From the NCBI GenBank assembly GCA_965116315.1, contig OZ220672.1, forward strand, positions 1,636,777-1,700,776: a stretch of 64,000 nt of DNA. The letters are read 5' to 3'. How positions within the stretch are numbered: position 1 is the stretch's first letter; every line of letters starts with the position of its first letter. A program made the translations under genes and the position numbers. This document shows positions 9,500 through 19,199 of the stretch, one piece after another. The notes beneath the pieces are model-generated. The model saw only the letters and a program-made list of their open reading frames with translations, was not told where the DNA came from and ran no database searches. The stretch is from Dehalococcoidia bacterium (lineage in GTDB: Bacteria > Chloroflexota > Dehalococcoidia > Lucifugimonadales > CAJWER01).

Positions 9500-10642
9500 C
9501 TACTGGTCGACGACGGAGCCGTCGATGTGGAGGCGGGCGCCGATTTCGCCGTGGGGGACGGGCGGGCACTTCTCCTGGGCGTCGTCGGCCAGCTCAATGC
9601 CTATTCCGGGCGCGTCGGGGATGATGAGGAAGCCGTTCTCCTGTCGCAGGGGCTCCTTGACCATGTCGATCTTGGGCGACTCGAGCTCGCCCTTCGGGTA
9701 CTCCTGGATGGTGAAGTTTGGGATGCAGGCGGCGAGCTGGAGGCAGGCCGCGGTGCTGATGGGGCTGAGGGGGTTGTGGGGCACGACGCCGACGTAGTGT
9801 GCCTCGGCGACTGCGGCGATCTTCTTGCCGTGGGTCAGGCCGCCCACGAGGCAGACATCGGGGCGAACGTACTGGACCGCGCCCATCCGCAGCAGGGACT
9901 GGAACTCGTGGATGGTGTGGAGACGCTCGCCGGTGGCGATGGGGATATTGACGTTGCTGGCGACGAGGGCCATGGCCTCGAAGTTGTCGGGCAGGATGGG
10001 GTCCTCGTAGAAGAGCGGGTGAAATTCTTCTATCCCCTTCGCCAGCGTTATCGCCTCTGTAGGGGTCAATCGCCGGTGAATCTCGATGCAGAGGTCGACC
10101 TCTGTGCCGGCGGCCTCCCTGTATGCGGCGACGGCGTCGATGGCGTCGGCCATCTTGTCGGCGTGGGTCTTGAAGTAGGGGACGCTGCGCTCCTCGTCGA
10201 GGAAGGGCGTGAGGTGGCCGACGGCGGTGAATCCGTCGGCGCGGGCGTCGCGAACGCCCCGCACGAGCTTCTCCCTGGTGTCGCCGATGACGTGGTAGTA
10301 GACGCGGGCCTTGTCGCGCACGCGGCCGCCCATAAGCTGGTAGACGGGGACGCCGAAGTGCTTGCCGGCGATGTCCCAGAGGGCGATGTCGATGGCGCTG
10401 AGTGCGCCCATGATGGCCGCGCCGCGGAAGTGGCTGGTGCGGTACATGTTCTGCCAGTGGTGCTCGATGAGCAGGGGGTCCTTGCCGACGAGGTAGCGGC
10501 CGAACTTGTCGATGGCGGCGGCGGAGGCCTCGAGGAAGCCCCATGCGCCGGACTCGCCGTAGCCGACGATACCGGCGTCTGTGTGGACCTTGGTGAACAG
10601 GTAGCGGTCGACCGGGAGGGCCTCGACGGCGGTTATTTTCAT
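9500..10642 (-). CDS. enolase-superfamily dehydratase (galactonate/mannonate dehydratase-like)
   Basis: 380 aa. MKITAVEALPV..GIVGYGES..AIDIALWDIAGKHFGVPVYQLMGG is typical of MR/MLE-family acid-sugar dehydratases. Confidence 0.85.
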   Translation of the reverse strand: MKITAVEALPVDRYLFTKVHTDAGIVGYGESGAWGFLEASAAAIDKFGRYLVGKDPLLIEHHWQNMYRTSHFRGAAIMGALSAIDIALWDIAGKHFGVPVYQLMGGRVRDKARVYYHVIGDTREKLVRGVRDARADGFTAVGHLTPFLDEERSVPYFKTHADKMADAIDAVAAYREAAGTEVDLCIEIHRRLTPTEAITLAKGIEEFHPLFYEDPILPDNFEAMALVASNVNIPIATGERLHTIHEFQSLLRMGAVQYVRPDVCLVGGLTHGKKIAAVAEAHYVGVVPHNPLSPISTAACLQLAACIPNFTIQEYPKGELESPKIDMVKEPLRQENGFLIIPDAPGIGIELADDAQEKCPPVPHGEIGARLHIDGSVVDQ

Positions 10643-10671
10643 TTGCGGTTCCTTTGTGTCGTGGTCGAGGG

Positions 10672-10692
10672 AGGGCGGGTTTCAAACCCGCC
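10672..10692. repeat. family A REP hairpin GGGCGGGTTTCAAACCCGCCC
   Basis: Perfect 10-bp stem. The same 21-mer occurs at 3489, 3612, 23620, 31195 and 31306. Confidence 0.85.
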
Positions 10693-10744
10693 CCTACGCC
10701 CGATGGTTCCGTCCTCAGTGTGGCGGCTGAATGGCACGCTGGCT

Positions 10745-11707
10745 TTACTCGGGGGCTACGACTGCCAGGGGGGCCTCGCCGTTGACTACGCGGATGGCGT
10801 TTTCGAGGGCGAACTTGCGGCTCCGGTCCGAGGCCTCCTGTGCGAAGGACGCGAAGTGGGGCGTGACGACGACGTTGTCCATCTGGAGGAGCGGGTTGTC
10901 CGGCGGCGTGGGCTCCTCTTCGAGGACGTCCAGGCCTGCGCCCGCAATCTTGCCCGCCCTCATTCCCCTTATCAGTGCGGCCTCATCGACGACGGGGCCC
11001 CGGCAGGTGTTGATGAGGATGGCGGAGTCCTTCATGGCGTCCAGCTCGGCGTCGCTGATCATGCCGCGGGTGGCGTCGAGGAGCGGCACGTGGAGCGTGA
11101 CGACGTCGGAGCGGGCCAGGATGTCGTCACGCGACACGCGGGTGACGCCGAGCCGGGCCTCGAGGTCGGCCGAGCGGTCGATGGCGTCCTCGTACAGGAG
11201 CTCGCACTCCCAGCCGGCGAGCCGCTGGGCGACGTTCTGGCCGATGTGGCCGAGACCGATGATGCCGACGGTCTTGCCGGTCAGCTCGTGGGCGTTCGGC
11301 CACCACTCTTGCCGGATGCCATCAGCCCATTTCCCGGCCTTCGCGGACTCCATCTGGACGTTCAGCTTGCGGTAGACGCTGAGCATGAGGGCGATGGCGT
11401 GCTCGGCCACGGAGATGGCGTTGCCGCCGCCGCCGTTGGCCACGAGTACGCCGAGAGCGGCCAGGCCGGCCACGTCGAGCCTGTCGGTGCCTGCGCTGGA
11501 CACCTGCACGAGCTTCAGATTGGGGCAGCGACGCGCCACGTCGACGGTCCCGTCGCCAAAGATGACCACGGTGTCCTGCATGAGGGCGACCTTTTCATCG
11601 TCGGCCAGGCTCGAGTCGATCCAGGCGACGTCGGCCTCCGGCGCGAGGGTGTTCAGGTATTCCATCTGCCCGTCGTCAGGTGCGAGAAATGCGATCTTGG
11701 CTCCCAT
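10745..11707 (-). CDS. D-isomer-specific 2-hydroxyacid dehydrogenase (NAD-binding)
   Basis: 320 aa from the in-frame ATG at 11707 (MGAKIAFLAPDD), preceded by AGGAGA. NAD motif GKTVGIIGLGHIGQ. Catalytic-region motifs NTCRG and TPH. Confidence 0.85.
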   Translation of the reverse strand: MGAKIAFLAPDDGQMEYLNTLAPEADVAWIDSSLADDEKVALMQDTVVIFGDGTVDVARRCPNLKLVQVSSAGTDRLDVAGLAALGVLVANGGGGNAISVAEHAIALMLSVYRKLNVQMESAKAGKWADGIRQEWWPNAHELTGKTVGIIGLGHIGQNVAQRLAGWECELLYEDAIDRSADLEARLGVTRVSRDDILARSDVVTLHVPLLDATRGMISDAELDAMKDSAILINTCRGPVVDEAALIRGMRAGKIAGAGLDVLEEEPTPPDNPLLQMDNVVVTPHFASFAQEASDRSRKFALENAIRVVNGEAPLAVVAPE

Positions 11708-11952
11708 TCGTTCTCCTGTGTCAGTCAGTGGGTTTGCGGGGAGATTATATCGGCGGGCCTGGCTGCCCACAAGACGAGGTGGAGGTAGGTGTAACTGTTC
11801 GGAACTGTCGGACCTAGGTCGGGGAGCATCCCCCTCATCCCAGCCTTCTCCCGCCAGGGGAGAAGGGGCAGGAAGCTCTCGGCGTTGCGCGGTAGAATGG
11901 GTGCAGGTAGATTACCGGGGCAGGCTGGGCCAGAAGTGGAGACGGATTCGAT

Positions 11953-12076
11953 GAGTGGATGAGAATGACCTCCTCTTGGGGCATGGTCGAGGCCGACCCC
12001 ACCCCAGGTCCTTCGTCGGGGACTCCTCAGGACGACATGGCGGGGTGGCCGGGAGCTGTTTTCATAGTTGTGACGG
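11953..12076. repeat. family D ~120-bp element, second full copy
   Basis: Aligns over its whole length with 6990-7112. Confidence 0.8.
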
Positions 12077-12135
12077 TCTTGGAAGGGTGCCTGGGCGCAC
12101 ATAGATTGAGCACTTACTAGCGGAGGATTTTGACG

Positions 12136-12411
12136 ATGCAGGTGTATTGGCGTGAGGTTAGGAAGGGACAGAGGCTGGTGCTGGAGATGGAGGACGGGGT
12201 GGAGCAGGAGGTCGGCGGGGTGAGGGCGACGAAGCGGGGTTTCGACGCTTTCGCCCAGACCTTTGGGTATGACCCCGGGCGGGCGCAGAAGGGGATTGGG
12301 TCGATGGAGGAGGCGAAGGCATTCGTGGAGCAGTTCCGTCCGTGGGAGCTTCATGGGGCGATGGGTGTGACGGTGGACGGGGAAGTGCGTCCGCAGGCCG
12401 AGTCGTCATAG
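12136..12411 (+). CDS. hypothetical protein
   Basis: 91 aa from the ATG at 12136, with GGAGGA 8 nt upstream. Coding-like composition. No family recognised. Confidence 0.4.
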   Translation: MQVYWREVRKGQRLVLEMEDGVEQEVGGVRATKRGFDAFAQTFGYDPGRAQKGIGSMEEAKAFVEQFRPWELHGAMGVTVDGEVRPQAESS

Positions 12412-12483
12412 GGTGCGACCGAAGTTCGTTGCTGGATGACGCTGGGGCGCTGGGGAGGGGACCCCGCCCTTCCACCCATCTGG

Positions 12484-12550
12484 GTTCCTGCCTTCGCAGG
12501 AACGACGACTATATGCGCCCTCTGGGGCTCCTGGTTTCGCAGGAACGACG
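12484..12550. repeat. two adjacent family C REP hairpins (GTTCCTGC-N4-GCAGGAAC + CGACG)
   Basis: Copy at 12484-12503 plus a degenerate copy at about 12526-12550. Other copies are at 13523, 19116 and 30210, with a partial one at 191-205. Confidence 0.75.
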
Positions 12551-12732
12551 CCTTTACCAGCGACCTAGGCGCGAACATGAAGGTTATGCAGCTAGTAGTC
12601 CGACTTCCTTGAAGTGAGGGATAGTCGGCTAGCGTGATGAGCTTATCCACGAATGCACAGGCGACCTAGGGGACAGGGCTCCTCAATTCTAAGATGTTGG
12701 ACCACTAGTCTCATGGTGAGGATGGTGATGGA

Positions 12733-13377
12733 ATGATTGGGTTCGTGGGGGGCACGGGGCCTGAGGGGCGGGGGCTGGCGGTGCGGATGGCGCTGGCGGG
12801 GGAGGACGTGATCATCGGGTCGCGGGACGCCGGGCGGGCGAAGGCCGCGGCCGAGGAGGTGGCTGGGCTCGTGCCGGGCGCGGTCGTGGAGGGAGGCCTG
12901 AACGAGGAGGCCGCGGCCCGGGCGGACGTGGTGTTCGTGGTCGTGCCGTATTCGGCGCAGAGGAGCACTATCGAGCCGCTGGCCGGGCATCTGGCGGGCA
13001 AGGTGGTTGTGGGCGTGACGGTGCCGCTCCGGTTCGGCAAGGGCGGGGCGTCGATCGAGCCGGTGCCGGACGGGTCAGCCGCGCTGGAGCTCGAGTCGCT
13101 GCTTCCGGATTCGAGGGTCGCGGCGGCGTTCCAGACGATCAGCGCCCACGACCTGCTCGACCCTAACAAGAGGGTGGACTCGGACGTTGTAGTATGTAGC
13201 AGCGATGAGGAGGCTAGGGCGCAGGTCATGGAGCTGAGCGGCAGGATAGCGGGGATTCGGGCGGTGGACGGCGGGGGGCTGGCGAACGCCGCGTACGTTG
13301 AGGGGATGACGGCGTTGATCCTGAACCTGAACCGGCGTTACAGGGCGCGGGCGGCGTTCAGGATTACGGGCATATGA
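12733..13377 (+). CDS. npdG: NADPH-dependent F420 reductase
   Basis: 214 aa. MIGFVGGTGPEGRGLAVRMALAGEDVIIGSR dinucleotide fold and overall length are typical of the NpdG/F420-NADP oxidoreductase family. Confidence 0.75.
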   Translation: MIGFVGGTGPEGRGLAVRMALAGEDVIIGSRDAGRAKAAAEEVAGLVPGAVVEGGLNEEAAARADVVFVVVPYSAQRSTIEPLAGHLAGKVVVGVTVPLRFGKGGASIEPVPDGSAALELESLLPDSRVAAAFQTISAHDLLDPNKRVDSDVVVCSSDEEARAQVMELSGRIAGIRAVDGGGLANAAYVEGMTALILNLNRRYRARAAFRITGI

Positions 13378-13522
13378 TGGGCAGTATGCCCGGGGTCGAA
13401 GAGAAAGCCCCCATCCTAACCTTCCCTCTCGGGGGGAAGGGACAAGAGAGGGAGCTTCCCCCTCGGGAGACCTTTGCGCAAAAGCGGTGGCGCCGGGAGA
13501 AGACCCCTCCTCGCCCCTCTGG

Positions 13523-13542
13523 GTTCCTGCCTCCGCAGGAAC
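13523..13542. repeat. family C REP hairpin
   Basis: GTTCCTGCCTCCGCAGGAAC, an 8-bp stem. Confidence 0.75.
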
Positions 13543-13630
13543 GACGACTATATTGGCGCGCAATAGCAGGTTGTTCAAAGGTCCCCTCGGGGGGGAAGGA
13601 AAGAGAAGGACGCGGGAGATTCGACAACAG

Positions 13631-14854
13631 ATGAAGTCGAAGGTACTCGGGGCGATTGTTGGGGCGGCGGTGCTGGCGGTGCTGGCAGTTGGCGCGGCGG
13701 CGGCGGACGTTGCCGTGCCCAAGGACGCGATCCGCGTGGTTGCGGCCGTGCACAGCATCGAGTACCCGGACCAGATGGTCTTCCGGCTGCAGGCGGAGGG
13801 GGACGCGACGATAACGGAGGTCCGCCTGTTCTACAGCGTCGCCGGGCGGCCGGTGCAAGTGTACGGCTATGCCGACTTCGAGCCTGGCCTGGAGGTGTCG
13901 GCGGACTTCGAGGTGGAGACGTCCGGTTCGAGCTACATCCCGACTGGGGTGATGATCGAGTACTACTACCGGATCACGGATGTGAACGGTAACACGGTGG
14001 AGACGACGCCGTGGTCGTTCGAGTACAGGGACCCGCGGTACCGGTGGGAGTCCCTGACCATCGGCAGCCTGACGGTGCTCTATCACGACATTTCGGAGCG
14101 TCGGGTCGCGCAGGCGGCGCAGCAGGTGGCCGCGCGGATCGAGGAGATCAAGCCCGTCTTCGGAATCGAGGACGTGCACAGGATGAAGGCGGTGATCCTA
14201 AACGGCTCCAGGGAGGCGCGGCGCGCGTTCCCCCTGGTGAGCGAGGCGTCGAGGCGAGGCCACTACTTCGCGGGGTTTGCCTTCGACGAGTACGACCTGT
14301 TCCTGATGCAGGGGCTCGACACGGACACCATGATCCACGAGGCGACGCACCTGCTGGTGCACCAGGCCGCCAGCTCGGCGCTGGCAAGGGTGCCGGCGTG
14401 GCTGAACGAGGGCCTGGCGATGCAGTTCGAGGACCGGTCTATCGTGCGCAGCGCGACGGTGAGGAGCGCGGCGCGGGCGGGGCGCCTGCTGAGCCTGAAG
14501 AACATGGGCTCGGTGCCAGGCCGGTCGAACGACATCGCGCTCTTCTACTCCCAGGCGTGGAGCGTGGTGGACTACATGGTCGACACGTACGGGACCGAGC
14601 GGATTCCCGTCCTGCTCGGGACGTTGAACATGGGTAAGCGGATCGACGAGGCGCTGCCGCTCGTCTACGGGCTGACGGTGGAGGAGCTGGACGAGGAGTG
14701 GCGGAACGACCTGCTCGGCGTCACGCCCATCGCTCCCAGGCCCGATCCGGGCACCGTGGCCACCTCGGCCCTGCTGACCGGGGCAGCCGTGGCGGCGGTG
14801 GCGACGTCCGCATGGCCGTGGATATGGCGGTGGCTCAGGGGGCCCGGACAGTAG
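13631..14854 (+). CDS. secreted/membrane-anchored peptidase MA-like zinc metalloprotease
   Basis: 407 aa from the in-frame ATG at 13631 (MKSKVLGAIVGAAVLAVLAV signal/anchor). HEXXH motif IHEATHLLVH. C-terminal hydrophobic segment. Confidence 0.65.
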   Translation: MKSKVLGAIVGAAVLAVLAVGAAAADVAVPKDAIRVVAAVHSIEYPDQMVFRLQAEGDATITEVRLFYSVAGRPVQVYGYADFEPGLEVSADFEVETSGSSYIPTGVMIEYYYRITDVNGNTVETTPWSFEYRDPRYRWESLTIGSLTVLYHDISERRVAQAAQQVAARIEEIKPVFGIEDVHRMKAVILNGSREARRAFPLVSEASRRGHYFAGFAFDEYDLFLMQGLDTDTMIHEATHLLVHQAASSALARVPAWLNEGLAMQFEDRSIVRSATVRSAARAGRLLSLKNMGSVPGRSNDIALFYSQAWSVVDYMVDTYGTERIPVLLGTLNMGKRIDEALPLVYGLTVEELDEEWRNDLLGVTPIAPRPDPGTVATSALLTGAAVAAVATSAWPWIWRWLRGPGQ

Positions 14855-14882
14855 GGCCAGAAGTGAGGGAACGGGAGGCATC

Positions 14883-16214
14883 ATGCCTGTCGACATGCCC
14901 TCGAAAGATACAGTCGCCCGGGTGAGGGGAACCCCGCCCATGCGCCGAGCCGGTTTCTCATCCGGCATCGGGAACGGGGCGGGATCTTCGCTGGAGCGAC
15001 TGTCGAGCAGAGGTCTACCTGGGCGCAAAGAGGCCAGAGAGTTGACCGAAGGCGTGTTGGCGGAGACCGGCAGGAGCGGGCCGACGAGGCCCGTTGCTTT
15101 CGTGTACAGTGACGCGCTCACCCGTCACGTCCTTAGCGACGAGCACCCCCTGAAGGCCGTCAGGCTGCGGCACACTTACGACCTGCTCAGCTCCTACGGG
15201 GCGTTCGAGGGGCCGGGCGCGCTGCTGGTCGAGCCGCGCGACGCCACGGTGGACGAGGTGATGCTGTACCACACGCCGGAGTACATCGACTGCGTGCGGC
15301 GGGTGAGCGGCAACGATTTTTCCGTATCGCCGCTGGCGTTCGGACTGGGGCCGGGCGACAACCCGATCTTCGAGGGGATGTACGAGGCGGCGCTGCTCTC
15401 GACAGGGGCGACGATGCGGGCGGTGGACCTGCTGCTGGCCGACGAGGTGGACGCGGCGATCAGCATCTCGGGAGGGCTGCACCACGCCATGCCGGGGTAC
15501 GCCGCGGGGTTCTGCGTGTTCAACGACCCGGTGGTGGCGATCAAGGTGATGGCTGCGAAGGGGCTGAAGGTGGCGTACGTCGACATCGACTGCCACCACG
15601 GCGACGGGGTGCAGCACGCGTTCTACGACACGGACGCGGTGCTGACGATCTCGGTGCACGAGTCGGGGGCGTTCCTGTTTCCGGGCACGGGGTTCGCGCA
15701 GGAGACGGGCACGGGCAGCGGGCGGGGGTTCTCGGTGAACCTGCCGCTGTACGTGTACACGTCGGACGAGGTGTACGCGTGGGCGTTCGACCAGATCGTG
15801 CCGCCGCTGCTGGAGGCGTTCCAGCCGGACGTGTTGGTGACCCAGCTGGGCATCGACACGCACTTCCGCGACCCGATCACGCACCTGGCGCTGACTGTGC
15901 AGGGATTCAGCCGGGCGGTGAGGAGCTTTGCGGGCAAGGCGCCCAAGTGGCTGGCGCTGGGCGGCGGGGGCTACGACCTGCAGGCGGTGGCACGGGCGTG
16001 GGCGTCGGCGTACGGGGTGATGCTGGGCGCTCCCCTGCCCGACACGATCCCACAGTCGTACTCAGACGCGTGGAGGGTCGCGACGCTGTCGGACCCGCCG
16101 GAGGTGGCCGAGGCGGTCGAGCCGTACCAGAAGGACGCGCGGCGGTTCGCCGAGGCGAGCGTCGATACGGTGCGGAAGCTCATTTTTCCGACGCACGGCA
16201 TCCGGATTCCCTGA
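14883..16214 (+). CDS. histone deacetylase-family enzyme (AcuC/acetylpolyamine amidohydrolase-like)
   Basis: HDAC-fold motifs SGGLHHA, DIDCHHGDG, SVHESGAFLFPGTG and LGGGGY. The N-terminal ~60 aa may be an over-extension; an alternative GTG lies near 15054. Confidence 0.85.
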   Translation: MPVDMPSKDTVARVRGTPPMRRAGFSSGIGNGAGSSLERLSSRGLPGRKEARELTEGVLAETGRSGPTRPVAFVYSDALTRHVLSDEHPLKAVRLRHTYDLLSSYGAFEGPGALLVEPRDATVDEVMLYHTPEYIDCVRRVSGNDFSVSPLAFGLGPGDNPIFEGMYEAALLSTGATMRAVDLLLADEVDAAISISGGLHHAMPGYAAGFCVFNDPVVAIKVMAAKGLKVAYVDIDCHHGDGVQHAFYDTDAVLTISVHESGAFLFPGTGFAQETGTGSGRGFSVNLPLYVYTSDEVYAWAFDQIVPPLLEAFQPDVLVTQLGIDTHFRDPITHLALTVQGFSRAVRSFAGKAPKWLALGGGGYDLQAVARAWASAYGVMLGAPLPDTIPQSYSDAWRVATLSDPPEVAEAVEPYQKDARRFAEASVDTVRKLIFPTHGIRIP

Positions 16215-16342
16215 GGTACAGACTCCACGAAGTCTCTTGTATGAGGTTGGTGATTCTGGGCACCACGTCTGTTAGTCTGTGAAGGCAGACTACAGAACCC
16301 TTCTTGCTGCTGAACAGGCACCCCGAACTTCGGAGGCTTCCC

Positions 16343-17197
16343 ATGGCCGGGTACTCACTCATCGACGCGTCAGAGCTCACCAAGCCGGCAACCGTTCTAA
16401 TCGAGAAGATATCGGACGCCGTCGGAACTTTGTGGGAACCCACGCACATTCGGAGAGTCGCCCAAGCCAAGGCTGATGCGGCCATAACTCTGGCCGAAAG
16501 CGAAATCGAGATTGCTGAAGTGCAACGCAGGGCAGCTCGACGGTTTGTCGAAGAGGAAACAAGAAGGCAACAGAACATGGAGGACATAACTAGAAGGGCT
16601 ATCGAGAACCTTGACCCCGATGCCCCTTCGGAGAACGTCGACGACGATTGGATTGCGAATTTTTTCGACAAGTGCAGGATTATTTCCGATGACGACATGC
16701 AGAGCCTATGGTCTCGAATCCTTGCAGGAGAAGCCAACTCTCCAGGTTCGTTCTCGAGGAAGACGGTCAACTTGGTTGCCGACATAGACAGAGAAAGTGC
16801 CGAGCTGTTCCGCTCTCTATGTCGCTTTGTTTGGCAAATCGCAGATCACCCCTGCCCACTTGTTCACGACTTTATGGAAGACGTATACCGCCAACACGGA
16901 GTGGGCCTATACGCGCTTGGCCACTTGAACTCCATAGGGCTTGTTCAGATAAGTGCTGTGGGCGGATTCAGTATCGAGAGACAGCCTAAGAGCATAGCTG
17001 CTACCTATCACGACAGGCAAGTTCAATTGAGACTCCCAAACGACTCAGGGAACGTCCTGCCAGTCGGAAAGGTACTATTCACTCCTTCAGGAAACGAACT
17101 GCTGCGAATAGTGGACACTACACCAATCGATGGCTTCTTTGAGTTCGTCTACGACAGGTGGGCGAACGAATCCCTTGTCCCTCCCAGAGAGACATGA
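16343..17197 (+). CDS. DUF2806 domain protein
   Basis: 284 aa from the ATG at 16343, with GGAGG 6 nt upstream. DDDWIANFFDKCRIISDDDMQSLWSRILAGEANSPGSFSRKTV matches my memory of the DUF2806 signature. Local GC is about 48% on a hand-counted line. Confidence 0.6.
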   Translation: MAGYSLIDASELTKPATVLIEKISDAVGTLWEPTHIRRVAQAKADAAITLAESEIEIAEVQRRAARRFVEEETRRQQNMEDITRRAIENLDPDAPSENVDDDWIANFFDKCRIISDDDMQSLWSRILAGEANSPGSFSRKTVNLVADIDRESAELFRSLCRFVWQIADHPCPLVHDFMEDVYRQHGVGLYALGHLNSIGLVQISAVGGFSIERQPKSIAATYHDRQVQLRLPNDSGNVLPVGKVLFTPSGNELLRIVDTTPIDGFFEFVYDRWANESLVPPRET

Positions 17198-17271
17198 GAG
17201 CAAGTACAGTCCTGCCTGGCGGGTTGACTGGGATTTGGAATGGGCTTAGTCTCAGGGCGGTTTCGGGGAGG

Positions 17272-17475
17272 ATGGCTGTGGCTGAAGACAGGCAGGACGG
17301 GTATGGGGAGGTCGAGGGGGCGCTGAGGCGGCGGGCCGTGGAGCTTTGGGGCGAGGAGCGGGCGGCGGAGATCGAGGGGACTATCGAGGACGCGGCGCGT
17401 TCGATCTGGCTGGTGGAGGGCAACGCGCCTCCCGCGGACGAGGAGCCGGCGCAGTACCCCACGTCGAGCGGCTAG
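17272..17475 (+). CDS. hypothetical acidic small protein
   Basis: 67 aa, ATG preceded by GGGGAGG. No family recognised. Confidence 0.3.
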   Translation: MAVAEDRQDGYGEVEGALRRRAVELWGEERAAEIEGTIEDAARSIWLVEGNAPPADEEPAQYPTSSG

Positions 17476-17561
17476 CGGGGCTGGCTGCATTGCGTACATG
17501 GGCAGCCTTGCCTACGTGAACCTCACCAGCGAGAATGCGCCAGAGCTATCTGAACTGGTGG

Positions 17562-17664
17562 AGCACTGCCCTTCGACAAGGTCAGGAGAGCCAGGCTTTC
17601 AAGTAACTGCTACACATCATGTTGCGCTGGTGAGCACTGGCCTTCGACAGGCTCAGGCCGAACG
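17562..17664. repeat. two family B REP copies
   Basis: Copies at 17562-17590 and 17633-17664. The first is fused to a GAGCCAGGCTTTCAAGTAACTG unit that recurs at about 19045-19075. Confidence 0.7.
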
Positions 17665-17790
17665 TAACTTAGCTCACGGCAGTTGCGACCACCCACGCCC
17701 GGCCAGCGTGCGGGCGTAACGTTGCCCAGGGCGAACGGTATTCCCCGGCCAGAACGCACAATAGACGGGCAACCAGCGGGAGACTAGCGG

Positions 17791-18552
17791 ATGTCTAAGA
17801 TCGATGTGTTGACGTATGGGTTTGCGCTGGTGACGGACCAGGGGAACGTGGGGTACTCGACGGTGTCGCTGGTGGAGACGGAGGGGCGGCGCATCCTGAT
17901 CGACACGGGGCCGGCGTCGCGGCGGCTGTGGCTGCTGAAGGCATTGGAGAGCCGGGGGCTGGGTTTCGAGGACATCGACACGCTGATCCTGACGCACCTG
18001 CACTGGGACCACTGCCAGAACGCGGACCTGTTCACACACTCGAGGGTGCTGGTGCATCCGAGGGAGATCGACTACGCGCAGAACCCGAACCGGCACGACG
18101 TGATGTCGGCGAGCTACTTCGCGGATATGCTGCGCAAGCTGAAGGTCGACCCGATCTCGGACGGGGACGAAGTGGCGCCAGGGGTCTCTATCATCGACAC
18201 GCCGGGGCATACGCGGGGGCACATCAGCATAGTCGCGGAGCACGACGGCGAGAGGGCGCTGGTGGCCGGGGACGCGATGCCGGACGGCGGGACGGTGCGG
18301 CGGAAGCTGCCGTACAACGTGTTCTGGGACGTGAATGACGCGACGGAGAGCGTGGAGAAGATGCTGGCGGCGTCGGATGTTTTCTACCCGGGGCACGACC
18401 GGCCTTTCCGGCTGGAGGGCGATGACCTGAACTACCTGCACGGGCCGATGGGGCTGGAGGTGGAGGCGAACGTGGAGGGCGGCGGGTCAGCTTCGCTGAC
18501 GTACACGGTGCACTCGCACCGCAAGCCGACCATCGACTTGATGCAGCGGTAG
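17791..18552 (+). CDS. MBL-fold metallo-hydrolase
   Basis: 253 aa. Metal motif LILTHLHWDHCQN, later TPGHTRGH and the GD..PDG region. Confidence 0.85.
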   Translation: MSKIDVLTYGFALVTDQGNVGYSTVSLVETEGRRILIDTGPASRRLWLLKALESRGLGFEDIDTLILTHLHWDHCQNADLFTHSRVLVHPREIDYAQNPNRHDVMSASYFADMLRKLKVDPISDGDEVAPGVSIIDTPGHTRGHISIVAEHDGERALVAGDAMPDGGTVRRKLPYNVFWDVNDATESVEKMLAASDVFYPGHDRPFRLEGDDLNYLHGPMGLEVEANVEGGGSASLTYTVHSHRKPTIDLMQR

Positions 18553-18568
18553 TGACTTACTGCTGAGG

Positions 18569-18976
18569 CTATCGTTCCGCTTCGGCCGGGTCGCAATCAG
18601 CTTCAAGCCAGTTCAGCTTCCCCTTGGCGATCGCGGCCTTGGCTTCTTCCCACGTACCCACAGAGACTTCCATTGAGACGAGCTCTTCGGCGGCTTTCCG
18701 CCTGTCGCCCCACTCGCTCTCGATCTCGCGACGCATAGCCCTAAAGTCCTCGGGCCTAGTCTTTGGAGTGACAGCGCCATGGTTGGCCGTTATCCTCGCG
18801 CTGGAAGGGCTGATTTTGATTCCACCGTCCACCTGCTCGAGCGATACGCTGTCTTTGGGCTTGATTCCCATGGTACGCCTCAGCTCGCTTGGTATGGTCA
18901 CCTGACCCCTGGAGGTGACCTTGCTCGTGTACTTCGTTATTCCGCGCCTTCCCGGCAGTGCATGATCTGTCGCCAT
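18569..18976 (-). CDS. AbrB/MazE/SpoVT-family DNA-binding protein with a C-terminal extension
   Basis: SKVTSRGQVTIPSELRRTMGIKPKDSVSLEQVDGGIKI is a swapped-hairpin AbrB-type motif. At 135 aa it is about twice the usual antitoxin length. No toxin gene is adjacent. Confidence 0.7.
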   Translation of the reverse strand: MATDHALPGRRGITKYTSKVTSRGQVTIPSELRRTMGIKPKDSVSLEQVDGGIKISPSSARITANHGAVTPKTRPEDFRAMRREIESEWGDRRKAAEELVSMEVSVGTWEEAKAAIAKGKLNWLEADCDPAEAER

Positions 18977-19115
18977 ATTAACTTACGGTGGGTACGGGAT
19001 GGCCCTGCGACGCCCGTATCGGGTACGGGTGGGCCGTGCGGCGAACTCAGGGGAGCCAGGCTTTCGAGTAACTGTTCCTCCATGCCGTAGCGGAGCCCCG
19101 CCCACGCCCATCTGG

Positions 19116-19135
19116 GTTCCTGCCTCCGCAGGAAC
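19116..19135. repeat. family C REP hairpin
   Basis: GTTCCTGCCTCCGCAGGAAC. Confidence 0.75.
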
Positions 19136-19199
19136 GACGAAGTGGAGAGCCGCGTCCAGTCACTGAGGTCTTGCACGGCCCGCGTTCTCTTCCCGCGGT

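Noticed and set aside
8267-11788. 1173-aa plus-strand ORF, the longest in the left half
   Set aside because: It runs antisense through the IS110 transposase, the enolase-family gene and the 2-hydroxyacid dehydrogenase, all of which have clear family signatures. Its sequence is low-complexity G/A/V/D/R-rich, typical of a stop-free antisense frame in high-GC DNA.
18569-18976. AbrB/MazE-like gene as half of a toxin-antitoxin pair
   Set aside because: No adjacent small ORF with a toxin-like sequence exists on either side. The protein is about twice the usual antitoxin length. I call it only a DNA-binding protein.
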